Shown one piece after another: positions 8,781 through 15,991 of a stretch of DNA of 32,000 nucleotides. A program made the position numbers and the translations under genes. The stretch comes from Candidatus Saccharimonadota bacterium (GTDB lineage: Bacteria; Patescibacteriota; Saccharimonadia; Saccharimonadales; Saccharimonadaceae), in contig MKSO01000001.1 in the NCBI GenBank assembly GCA_001897305.1, forward strand, positions 210,001-242,000. The letters are read 5' to 3'. Below the pieces are notes generated by a model. The model was given only the letters and a program-made list of their open reading frames with translations. It did not search any database and was not told the DNA's origin. Position 1 is the stretch's first letter. Every line of letters begins with the position of its first letter.

Positions 8781-9774
8781 TGCTATTTTTGCTGCAACGA
8801 GCCAGCGGCTCAAGGGCTATCATCTTTTTTCTAAAGAAGTAATTCGGGAAATTGCCCAATGCGCAGAGAATCAAGCAGGGGTTTCTTATCAAGATTGGTT
8901 CAAACAAATAGGGCTACCAAAAGTAGAACTATATACCACAAAACGCGGGCGAACTGTGCCGTACATTACTATCGCAGCTCGTAGTAAAAGTACTAAAACG
9001 CTGGTTATTAACCTGCCAATGGGTAACTCCCTCGATACTAGTCAGCTGTATCAAATTGCTACTATCGCAGCAGTCGTACCTGAATGTACTATTGTGGCAT
9101 TCGGCAACCCTAGTGGTAAGCCGTTTCATTTTAAGCGTCAGAAATTAAGCGTTAAAGAATTATTTGAAATTGCGTTTACGTCACGACGTCGGTCCGCGGT
9201 AGCGAGCGAGCTCGAGTATATAGACGAACACGTAAAAGGTGACGTGTATTACGCTGGCTATTCGTACGGTGCCCTTAAGGCTCTTTTAGAGGCAACCTAT
9301 ACCACCGATACTCGACTAAAAGGCATTATACTTGTGGACCCTGTAGCGCACCCCCGTTACCGTAAGCAACTACTGGAAAATTTTATGGCCACCTTAAAGC
9401 CGATGGGGGAGTATGTAGATCGCACCGGCATCGAGGGCTATTTAGCTGCCCGCAAAGACGCCGCCGAGACGGTTAATTATAATGCCGGCCTGCGTCGACC
9501 TATCAACATTGCCATTGGCATGATGTTGGCCAAAGCCGATTTTGCGCAATTATTTGAGGCCGTCTTGCAACATCGCCCGTCTCTTTATGCTACCGTGGCA
9601 TGGGCAAGTAAGAGCGAGTTGGGCAATGATGCCCATATGGAGGTAACATTGCACCGGCTTAGTCATGAATACCCGCACGTACAGGCTATGCGCCTGGATG
9701 GCGACAGGCACTCGGTGGCTAATGATATTCATCTTCATGCGGCAATTATTCGTGAAGCACTAAATGCCATCTAA
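8761..9774 (+). CDS. Hypothetical protein, alpha/beta-hydrolase-like
   Basis: Nucleophile-elbow-like GYSYG. The fold assignment is tentative. Start uncertain (GTG 8761 or TTG 8773, overlapping the VKOR stop). Confidence 0.55.
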   Translation: MTASLASAIFAATSQRLKGYHLFSKEVIREIAQCAENQAGVSYQDWFKQIGLPKVELYTTKRGRTVPYITIAARSKSTKTLVINLPMGNSLDTSQLYQIATIAAVVPECTIVAFGNPSGKPFHFKRQKLSVKELFEIAFTSRRRSAVASELEYIDEHVKGDVYYAGYSYGALKALLEATYTTDTRLKGIILVDPVAHPRYRKQLLENFMATLKPMGEYVDRTGIEGYLAARKDAAETVNYNAGLRRPINIAIGMMLAKADFAQLFEAVLQHRPSLYATVAWASKSELGNDAHMEVTLHRLSHEYPHVQAMRLDGDRHSVANDIHLHAAIIREALNAI

Positions 9775-9793
9775 CAGAGGCAAACTGTTAAAG

Positions 9794-9822
9794 TTGAAGT
9801 CTGAACAAAAAAAGAGTATAGT
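9794..9822 (+). promoter_or_regulatory. Promoter of the T-box leader/cupin/ileS unit (TTGAAG-17-TATAGT)
   Basis: -35 at 9794-9799, 17-nt spacer, -10 at 9817-9822. Confidence 0.45.
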
Positions 9823-10094
9823 AAAAATAGAAGCGTTTGAGTGGTAATCAGCTACGAATACATTAAGTATACGTTTCGGGAAGAACGACTTTTGTATTCA
9901 AAAGGAAACCTACTAAAAAGTAGCATTTCCACCACCTGCGAGGATGCAAAACTCTACTAGACCCCGACGCGATCCCGGCGTAACAGTGGAATAATGAAGT
10001 GCTGAAGTTTAAACTTTCAGAAATCGGATGGTACCACCCGTTTTGCGGGTTCCGATGGATGAAGGTTTTTATTATTTTAAAAGGAAATCCATGT
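9823..10094 (+). promoter_or_regulatory. T-box-type riboswitch leader (probable tRNA-Ile sensing)
   Basis: AAATCGGATGGTACCACCCG (10021-10040) matches the T-box consensus AANNNGGGUGGNACCNCG. It folds as a canonical antiterminator: ATCGGA (10023-28)/TCCGAT (10051-56), 7-nt bulge TGGTACC, ACCCG/CGGGT, loop TTTTG. A stem-III-like hairpin precedes it at 10002-10020. Candidate Ile specifiers are ATC-A (9847-9850) and ATT-A (9862-9865). Located upstream of ileS. Confidence 0.65.
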
Positions 10095-10577
10095 ATGAGT
10101 GAGATACATACACTTAGAAACAGTGTAAGCCTTGGGGAAGGGGCTGAATTTCGTAATGGTGAAACATGCGAGGGGGTAGCGTATGCACTCCTGACCTCAG
10201 AGGGTGAAGTTGATCCTACTCGTGACTTTGCTCGTATTCAAGTAACCCGTCGGTATCCGCTGGATGGGTTGCTCTACGCGCAAAATAATGGTTCTCAGGA
10301 ACGAGTTGAAGTTACTAGTGGTGAAGGCTATTTGCTTCGAGCTAAAACTTCCGGATATATGAGTAGAATAGCGCTTCGGCCAGGTGTGGTAGTGACTATC
10401 GAGCCGGGAGAACTATTTGCTTGGTGGCAGACCGCCTGGGACGACACAAAAGAACCGCTTGGTTTTGATATGATTTGCACGCCGCCGTTTGACCCTGAGC
10501 AATATACATACATTAGCATTGATGAAGGTATTGCCGTTAACGATAATGAAAGGAAGTTGGATGAAGTTCAAAGCTAA
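10095..10577 (+). CDS. Cupin-like small beta-barrel protein (hypothetical)
   Basis: 160 aa starting at ATG 10095, with AAGGAAA 8 nt upstream. Beta-rich pattern VEVTSGEGYLL...LRPGVVVTIEPGELFAWW. Its 3' end overlaps the ileS start by 17 nt. Confidence 0.55.
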   Translation: MSEIHTLRNSVSLGEGAEFRNGETCEGVAYALLTSEGEVDPTRDFARIQVTRRYPLDGLLYAQNNGSQERVEVTSGEGYLLRAKTSGYMSRIALRPGVVVTIEPGELFAWWQTAWDDTKEPLGFDMICTPPFDPEQYTYISIDEGIAVNDNERKLDEVQS

Positions 10578-13500
10578 TAGTCGCCGCCGTGCCCTTGAAT
10601 ACGAAAAAGAGTGGGTTGCTCAGTGGAAGCAAGATAATACGTTCGAAAAGTCGGTCGAGAACCGTTCTAAAGACGACGCCTATGTGTTCTACGATGGCCC
10701 ACCGTTTATTACTGGTGTACCGCACCACGGAACACTCCTTAGCTCTATTGTGAAAGACGCCGTGCCGCGTTATTGGACTATGAAAGGCAAGCGTGTCGAA
10801 CGTGTATGGGGCTGGGACTGTCATGGCCTGCCAGCGGAAAACTTTGTTGAAAAACAATTAAATATCGTTGATCGCCGCCAAATCGTCGCCAACTCGAGCG
10901 ATGAAACACCGCTTGATAAAGACGGCCAGCCGCTACCAACTATTAGTCTTGAAACCTACATCACCAAAGCTCGTGAAAGCATGGTGGCCAACAGCGAAAG
11001 CTGGGAAGGGGTGATTGACCGTATTGGCCGTTGGGTTGACTTCAAGGGTGCCTATCGGACTATGGATAAAGACTTTATGGAGAGTGTGTGGTGGGCCTTT
11101 AAGCAGTTGTACGAAGCTGGCAAAATTTACGAAGGCAAGAAAGTGTTGATGTATGACATCAAATTTGCCACGCCTGTTTCTAAAGCCGAAGTAACAATGG
11201 ACAATGACGCCTACCAAACCGTCACCGACCCATCAGCATATGTAAAGTTTGTATTCGAGCACGACGAAGCGTTTACAAAAGTATTTGGTGACTATCCAAA
11301 AGATGTTGCGGCTCTAGGCTGGACGACAACTCCATGGACATTGCCAGGCAACACTGCCCTTGCAGTGAGCCCTACTATGACCTATTGCTTGGTCGAAGTG
11401 GGCAACGATAGTCTAGTTATTGCTAAAGATCGCCTAGAGGCAGTGTTGAAGGGTGATAAAAACGAGCCACTTGAATACCGCGTTATAAAAGAGATGAGCG
11501 GTACTGACCTTGACGGTCTCTCGTATAAACAATTATGGAATGCACCAGTGAAAGATATTGGCCCTCATGCCACTCTTGCTATCGGTTCATTCAACGATTC
11601 AAGCGCTGAAAATTTTGAGCCAGGTCAGCCATGGGCAAGCAGCTGGAAGGTATACGCTGCTGATTTCGTGAGTGCCGAAAGCGGTACGGGTATTGTCCAT
11701 ATAGCGCCAGCCTATGGTGAGGACGACTTTGAACTGGCGAAAGAAAAGCTTCTTCTTGTCGTGGACCCGATCGATGACAACGGCTATTACGCGCAGCCAC
11801 TGCGCGACTGGCTCTATAGCCTCATGCCATGGCGAGATGCGACGGCTCCTTTAGAATGTTTTGAAGCAAATAAAGATATCGCAAAGGGCCTCGAAAAGGC
11901 TGGTATCGTCTGGAAAATCGAATACATCCGCCACGAGTACCCATTCAACCCACGCTCCAAGCAGCGCATTATGTACCGCGCCATTCCATCATGGTTCTTT
12001 GACATTCAAAATTCAAAGCCATTGATGCTTGAGCAAAACGAACATATTAACTGGTTTCCGCCTCACCTCAAGCACGGCCGCTTCCAAAAAAATATCGAAC
12101 AAGCGCCCGACTGGAACCTTAGCCGTGACCGTTTCTGGGCAACGGCTATGCCGGTGTGGAAAGGTGATAACGGCAGTATAAAAGTTGTTGGAAGCTACGC
12201 CGAACTCAAAGAACTCAGTGGGGTGGAGCTCGACGATTACCACCGCCCTTGGGTTGATGACATCACCTTCGATATTGACGGTGAACACTTCACCCGTATC
12301 GATAAAGTGCTTGATGGCTGGTTCGAATCGGGCTCAATGCCATTTGCACAGCTGCACTATCCATTTGAAAACCAAGAAACCTTCGAGAAAAACTACCCAG
12401 CGGACTTTATCGTCGAATATATCGGGCAGGTGAGGGCGTGGTTTTACTACGTACATGCTGTAAATACCGCGCTGGCTGACATTGGTGCCTTTGGTGCTGA
12501 TAGCCAGAAGCCCGAAAAAGAGGCTTTCAAAAACGTTATCACCACTGGCGTGATTGCTGGTAATGACGGCCGCAAGATGAGCAAGAGCCTTGGTAACTTT
12601 ACCGACCCGAATGAGTTGATGGATAAGTTCAGCGCCGATAGTCTCCGCTTCTTACTCTTGGGTAGTCCATTACTTAGTGGTGAGGACTTTGCGCTTCAGG
12701 ATAAAGATGTTGGCGACGTTGCTCGTAAGCTGACTATGATTTGGAACATGTACGATTTCTTTACCATGTACGCCGAAGTCGACGGCTGGGAATTTAACGG
12801 CGATTTGAACGATCCATTGGAAAGTCTGACCAACCCGCTCGACATTTGGATCGTCTCGCGCTTGCACCAGTTAGTCGGCGAAGTCGAAAAACACATGGAC
12901 GGCTATAACATTCCTGATGCACTCAGCCCAGTGCTACCATTCCTCGACGATGCCAGTAACTGGTATGTGCGTCGCAGCCGCCGCCGTTTCTGGAAGAGTG
13001 AAGATGATGGTGATAAAAACGACGCCTATCGCACACTGCACTATGTACTGGTTCGCTTGGCTTATGTTTTGGCGCCGTTTACGCCGTTCTTGGCTGAGGA
13101 GCTATACCGCAAGTTAACTGGTGACGATGAATCAATTCATCTTAAAGACTGGCTTTCAGCCGGTGCCGTTAATGAGCAGGTAATGGGTGAGATGGAGACG
13201 GTACGCGAGTATGTCAACCAAGGCCTCAGCCTGCGGGCAAAGGCGGGTATAAAGGTTCGACAGCCACTGGCTAGTGTCACGGTCCCGGGTGGCGTCACCT
13301 CATTCGATCAAGCTTCTATTTTAGAAGACGAATTGAATGTGAAAGCCGTTATTGTTGCGACTGATACAGATGCTGAGATTGCTCTCGATACCACCATTAC
13401 TCCTGAACTTCATCGTGAAGGCCTCATGCGCGAAGTTATTCGCCATGTGCAAGCGGCGCGTAAGGATGCTGGGTTGAATATCGACGACAGGATCAGCCTA

Positions 13501-13668
13501 AGTCTAAATACTGAAAATGAGGAGCTTCGCAAAGCACTCGAAGAGTACAGCGCTACGATTATTGCGGAAACTCTTGCTCATGCGCTTGTTTCCGGCGAAG
13601 CATTTGCCTATACAACAACGGTACTCGTGGAAGGCGCCGAGCTTACGGTATCTTTGGAAAAGTCCTAG
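10561..13668 (+). CDS. ileS: Isoleucine--tRNA ligase, type 2 (eukaryote/actinobacterial-like)
   Basis: FYDGPPFITGVPHHGTLL (HIGH region, type-2 form), KMSKSLGN, CP1 editing domain, and no C-terminal Zn-finger domain. ATG 10561 has AGGAAG upstream, and the N-terminus (MKFKANSRRRALEYEKEW) is typical. Confidence 0.95.
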   Translation: MKFKANSRRRALEYEKEWVAQWKQDNTFEKSVENRSKDDAYVFYDGPPFITGVPHHGTLLSSIVKDAVPRYWTMKGKRVERVWGWDCHGLPAENFVEKQLNIVDRRQIVANSSDETPLDKDGQPLPTISLETYITKARESMVANSESWEGVIDRIGRWVDFKGAYRTMDKDFMESVWWAFKQLYEAGKIYEGKKVLMYDIKFATPVSKAEVTMDNDAYQTVTDPSAYVKFVFEHDEAFTKVFGDYPKDVAALGWTTTPWTLPGNTALAVSPTMTYCLVEVGNDSLVIAKDRLEAVLKGDKNEPLEYRVIKEMSGTDLDGLSYKQLWNAPVKDIGPHATLAIGSFNDSSAENFEPGQPWASSWKVYAADFVSAESGTGIVHIAPAYGEDDFELAKEKLLLVVDPIDDNGYYAQPLRDWLYSLMPWRDATAPLECFEANKDIAKGLEKAGIVWKIEYIRHEYPFNPRSKQRIMYRAIPSWFFDIQNSKPLMLEQNEHINWFPPHLKHGRFQKNIEQAPDWNLSRDRFWATAMPVWKGDNGSIKVVGSYAELKELSGVELDDYHRPWVDDITFDIDGEHFTRIDKVLDGWFESGSMPFAQLHYPFENQETFEKNYPADFIVEYIGQVRAWFYYVHAVNTALADIGAFGADSQKPEKEAFKNVITTGVIAGNDGRKMSKSLGNFTDPNELMDKFSADSLRFLLLGSPLLSGEDFALQDKDVGDVARKLTMIWNMYDFFTMYAEVDGWEFNGDLNDPLESLTNPLDIWIVSRLHQLVGEVEKHMDGYNIPDALSPVLPFLDDASNWYVRRSRRRFWKSEDDGDKNDAYRTLHYVLVRLAYVLAPFTPFLAEELYRKLTGDDESIHLKDWLSAGAVNEQVMGEMETVREYVNQGLSLRAKAGIKVRQPLASVTVPGGVTSFDQASILEDELNVKAVIVATDTDAEIALDTTITPELHREGLMREVIRHVQAARKDAGLNIDDRISLSLNTENEELRKALEEYSATIIAETLAHALVSGEAFAYTTTVLVEGAELTVSLEKS

Positions 13669-13693
13669 ACGTTTCCTGTGCAAATATGCAGAA

Positions 13694-13758
13694 AGCCCCC
13701 AGGGCTCTCCGCTTCGACTGAGTTCGGGTGAACCAGGAGCGAAGAGCCCCGGAGGGCT
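13694..13758. terminator. GC-rich imperfect long hairpin at the ileS / orphan-ORF convergent junction
   Basis: Hand-folded pairs: 13694-13700 with 13751-13758, 13702-13708 with 13743-13749, 13710-13715 with 13736-13741, and GTTC/GAAC (13722-25/13730-33). The 3' arm touches the stop of the minus-strand ORF. No clear U-tract. Confidence 0.4.
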
Positions 13759-14060
13759 CATGATGGCAGGGGGTATTCGAAGGTGACCAGTGCTTGTGTT
13801 CGTCGTTGATCGGGTGTTGCGGCGAAATAGAGCCGCCACCAGGGCGTTTCGCTGTCTCGAAGATCAAGACTAACAGGGTCCTCGAGATGGCACTCGATCA
13901 GTGTTGCTCGGAACGTGTGACTTGCGGGAGTCAGGCCTGGGTCGTCCAGGGGAATAGCTTCAAACTCAACCTCTTCCATCCCGCCTGACGCGTACAGTCG
14001 ATCGTACAGTTCGGCTGCGCTCGTATTAACGACCTGAAAGGTCGTCATCTGCTTAGGCAT
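13758..14060 (-). CDS. Hypothetical 100-aa protein in a GC-rich islet
   Basis: Strong SD GGAAGGAG (complement of 14065-14072) and an extended -10 TGgTATTAT (complement of 14094-14102). I recognise no family. Confidence 0.6.
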   Translation of the reverse strand: MPKQMTTFQVVNTSAAELYDRLYASGGMEEVEFEAIPLDDPGLTPASHTFRATLIECHLEDPVSLDLRDSETPWWRLYFAATPDQRRTQALVTFEYPLPS

Positions 14061-14137
14061 ACAACTCCTTCCAAGGTGGGCGGTGGTGTCTATATAATAC
14101 CATATTTAGCGTATATTACAATGAAAGTACGCTACAT

Positions 14138-15166
14138 TTATTGTTTTTCAGAATCTTGAGTGGAGCGCGCTGCTATTGATCGACGTATTTTTTCGCGTGA
14201 TTGATGGGCACTATGGGCTACTTCGATGATGTTTTCGACAAAAGTCGCGCCTTTGGTAACGGCCGTGTCATAGGATATGCCAAGAAGATTCTTCCCGCCA
14301 TTCTTAGTACCGGTAAAGTCTTCATAAGTAAGTCCGGTCGCAACGGCGAGCTTGAGGGGGTGGCGTCGGCGTTTGTCGGTGGCTTGTTTTTCGCTTGATT
14401 TTATATCTAACTCGAGCCAGCCATGAAGGCCGAGTTCTGCAGCAATCTTACTCCATTTGGTTTGGTCGTCTTTTACTGGGTTATTGTTATCGAAACTTAC
14501 TAGCATATCTACACCTATGATGTCTTGTGCAACATTGACGTCACTAATGCAGTCTATCCCTTGGGCGGTAAGCATTGCTTCCGCAGCACCTTCGTGTCTC
14601 ATCCCATCTAAACTATCAAGGATTTCCTGTCGAGATCGATCTAAGAATGACTTTGCTTGAGTTCCTGTTGTTCTTCCAGAGAGTCGTTGTTGGGCGTGTT
14701 CACGAAAGAAAATCTTCTCGTAGGTGTTACCAAGTGATTCTGCAACCGTATATAGATCTAGGTTAGGGGATGTCGACACAATAGCTTTAAGGCTATGGTT
14801 AAAAGGAATGATATGAGCTTTTTTTAAAGCATGCAGTTGGTTCAATTGTTCATCATCTAAGCCTGAATAATCGCGTTTAATCCGTAACTCACGCAGGTCA
14901 TTGACGGCAGCGACAAACCCTCCTAGCTGGCTTGTTGCTTCTAAGACCGCACGGTCGCTGGGGGCAAGGCGACTCTCTTTGTTAGCGGCAGAATGATGCG
15001 CAAGGGATGTAAAGGCTTCGGTGTGTGAGTACCCTTCGTGACGGAGAAGTTCGTATTGTTTTGAGTGCAATATATGACCAGTAATATTATCAACCCTTGC
15101 AACAAAAGCCTCTTTAGGAGAGATGGTCTCGATGGATTGGGTGGAAGGAGGTGGAATATTTGTCAT
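14138..15166 (-). CDS. Hypothetical 342-aa protein; the C-terminal half has a possible PD-(D/E)xK nuclease-like motif set
   Basis: Long clean ORF. Motif string HEGAAEAML...GVDMLVSF...GWLELDIKSSEK fits E...D...(D/E)xK. No signal peptide or TM helix. Extended -10 TGcTATAAAT (complement of 15211-15220). Confidence 0.65.
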   Translation of the reverse strand: MTNIPPPSTQSIETISPKEAFVARVDNITGHILHSKQYELLRHEGYSHTEAFTSLAHHSAANKESRLAPSDRAVLEATSQLGGFVAAVNDLRELRIKRDYSGLDDEQLNQLHALKKAHIIPFNHSLKAIVSTSPNLDLYTVAESLGNTYEKIFFREHAQQRLSGRTTGTQAKSFLDRSRQEILDSLDGMRHEGAAEAMLTAQGIDCISDVNVAQDIIGVDMLVSFDNNNPVKDDQTKWSKIAAELGLHGWLELDIKSSEKQATDKRRRHPLKLAVATGLTYEDFTGTKNGGKNLLGISYDTAVTKGATFVENIIEVAHSAHQSREKIRRSIAARSTQDSEKQ

Positions 15167-15228
15167 ATGTATATTTGCGAGTCAGTTTTGTACTGAACTA
15201 TGTATAAATTATTTATAGCATAAGCTTA

Positions 15229-15265
15229 AATAAAAGTCAATGTCGTTACGATATTGACTTTTATT
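15229..15265. other. Perfect 13-bp palindrome (terminator-shaped hairpin) in an AT-rich divergent intergenic region
   Basis: AATAAAAGTCAAT (15229-41), 11-nt loop, ATTGACTTTTATT (15253-65). Flanked by a second inverted pair AGCATAA (15217-23)/TTATGCT (15271-77). Confidence 0.5.
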
Positions 15266-15319
15266 ACCTTTTATGCTTAAATACTATCAATACCAATCAA
15301 AACAAAAAAGTATTTAAAA

Positions 15320-15520
15320 ATGTCATTACTTCAGTATCTACAACTTCAGCCAATCGACCCTCAAGACGATGGTACGGTGAGTGATCTTGATGATTTTCCT
15401 CAAGACGAGGTGATTGACCTTACCGAAGAGGATGACGGCGACACGTTAGCGCAGTCCTGGGAAGAGATCGACGAAACATTACACTCTATGAGCGTCACTG
15501 ACGACGATTCGACTTCGTAG
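15320..15520 (+). CDS. Hyper-acidic 66-aa protein (hypothetical)
   Basis: 15 Asp and 6 Glu, with no Lys or Arg. No obvious SD. Coding status rests on ORF length and on the jump in composition relative to the AT-rich upstream region. Confidence 0.45.
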   Translation: MSLLQYLQLQPIDPQDDGTVSDLDDFPQDEVIDLTEEDDGDTLAQSWEEIDETLHSMSVTDDDSTS

Positions 15521-15562
15521 TCCATTTTATACATAAGCGACTTACTGGTATACTTTGTAAAT

Positions 15563-15940
15563 ATGTTGTCTGTAACCGATGAAGAATTCGATCGCCTTAT
15601 TACCCAGGCGATGGACGAACTGCCCCAGAAATATATTAAAGGCCTCGATAATGTCGCTATTTTATACGCCGACGAACCGGATGAATACCAAGCGCAACAA
15701 TCACATCTTGATGATCATCATATTTTATTGGGGTTATACGAGGGTATACCATTAACGCAGCGGGGGGCGGGGTATAGTTTTGTATTACCAGATAAAATCA
15801 CTTTGTTTAAAACCCCATTACTCCAGGTGTCGGCTGATGCAAAAGACTTCTTCGAGCATGTTAAGCGTACATTGTGGCACGAAATTGCGCATTACTACGG
15901 CTTAAGCCACCAAGATATGGATGCTCGCTTGAAAGCCTAG
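15563..15940 (+). CDS. Zincin-like metallopeptidase family protein (DUF1025/Zincin_1-like)
   Basis: EFDRLITQAMDELPQKYIKGLDNVAILYADEP...LLGLYEGIPLTQR...LWHEIAHYYG (HExxH). Extended -10 TGgTATACT at 15546-15554, 8 nt upstream of the ATG. Confidence 0.85.
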   Translation: MLSVTDEEFDRLITQAMDELPQKYIKGLDNVAILYADEPDEYQAQQSHLDDHHILLGLYEGIPLTQRGAGYSFVLPDKITLFKTPLLQVSADAKDFFEHVKRTLWHEIAHYYGLSHQDMDARLKA

Positions 15941-15956
15941 CGAAGGCGAGCATTAG

Positions 15957-15985
15957 TTGACCCGAGATACCATAAGCTTTATGAT
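15957..15985 (+). promoter_or_regulatory. Promoter of the large pilin gene (TTGACC-17-TATGAT)
   Basis: -35 at 15957-62, 17-nt spacer, -10 at 15980-85. ATG 15992 lies 6 nt downstream, which implies a leaderless mRNA. Confidence 0.55.
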
Positions 15986-15991
15986 GAAGAT

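Noticed and set aside
10057-10092. ATGGAT/ATCCAT pairing as an SD-sequestering helix of the T-box
   Set aside because: It is only 6 bp closing a 26-nt AT-rich loop, and the SD itself stays unpaired. That is too weak to call an expression platform, so the mechanism is left open in the T-box finding.
9999-10094. 5' extension of the cupin ORF (ORF-track start 9999); likewise ileS from 10489
   Set aside because: The extension would be translated across the stem-III and antiterminator structure and has no SD. ATG 10095 (SD AAGGAAA) and ATG 10561 (SD AGGAAG, typical IleRS N-terminus) are better starts.
14107-14137. 7-bp hairpin TAGCGTA/TACGCTA just downstream of the 342-aa gene, as an intrinsic terminator
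   Set aside because: The stem is short, the loop is 14 nt, and no U-tract follows on the minus strand. Whether the two orphan genes are co-transcribed cannot be decided from the sequence.
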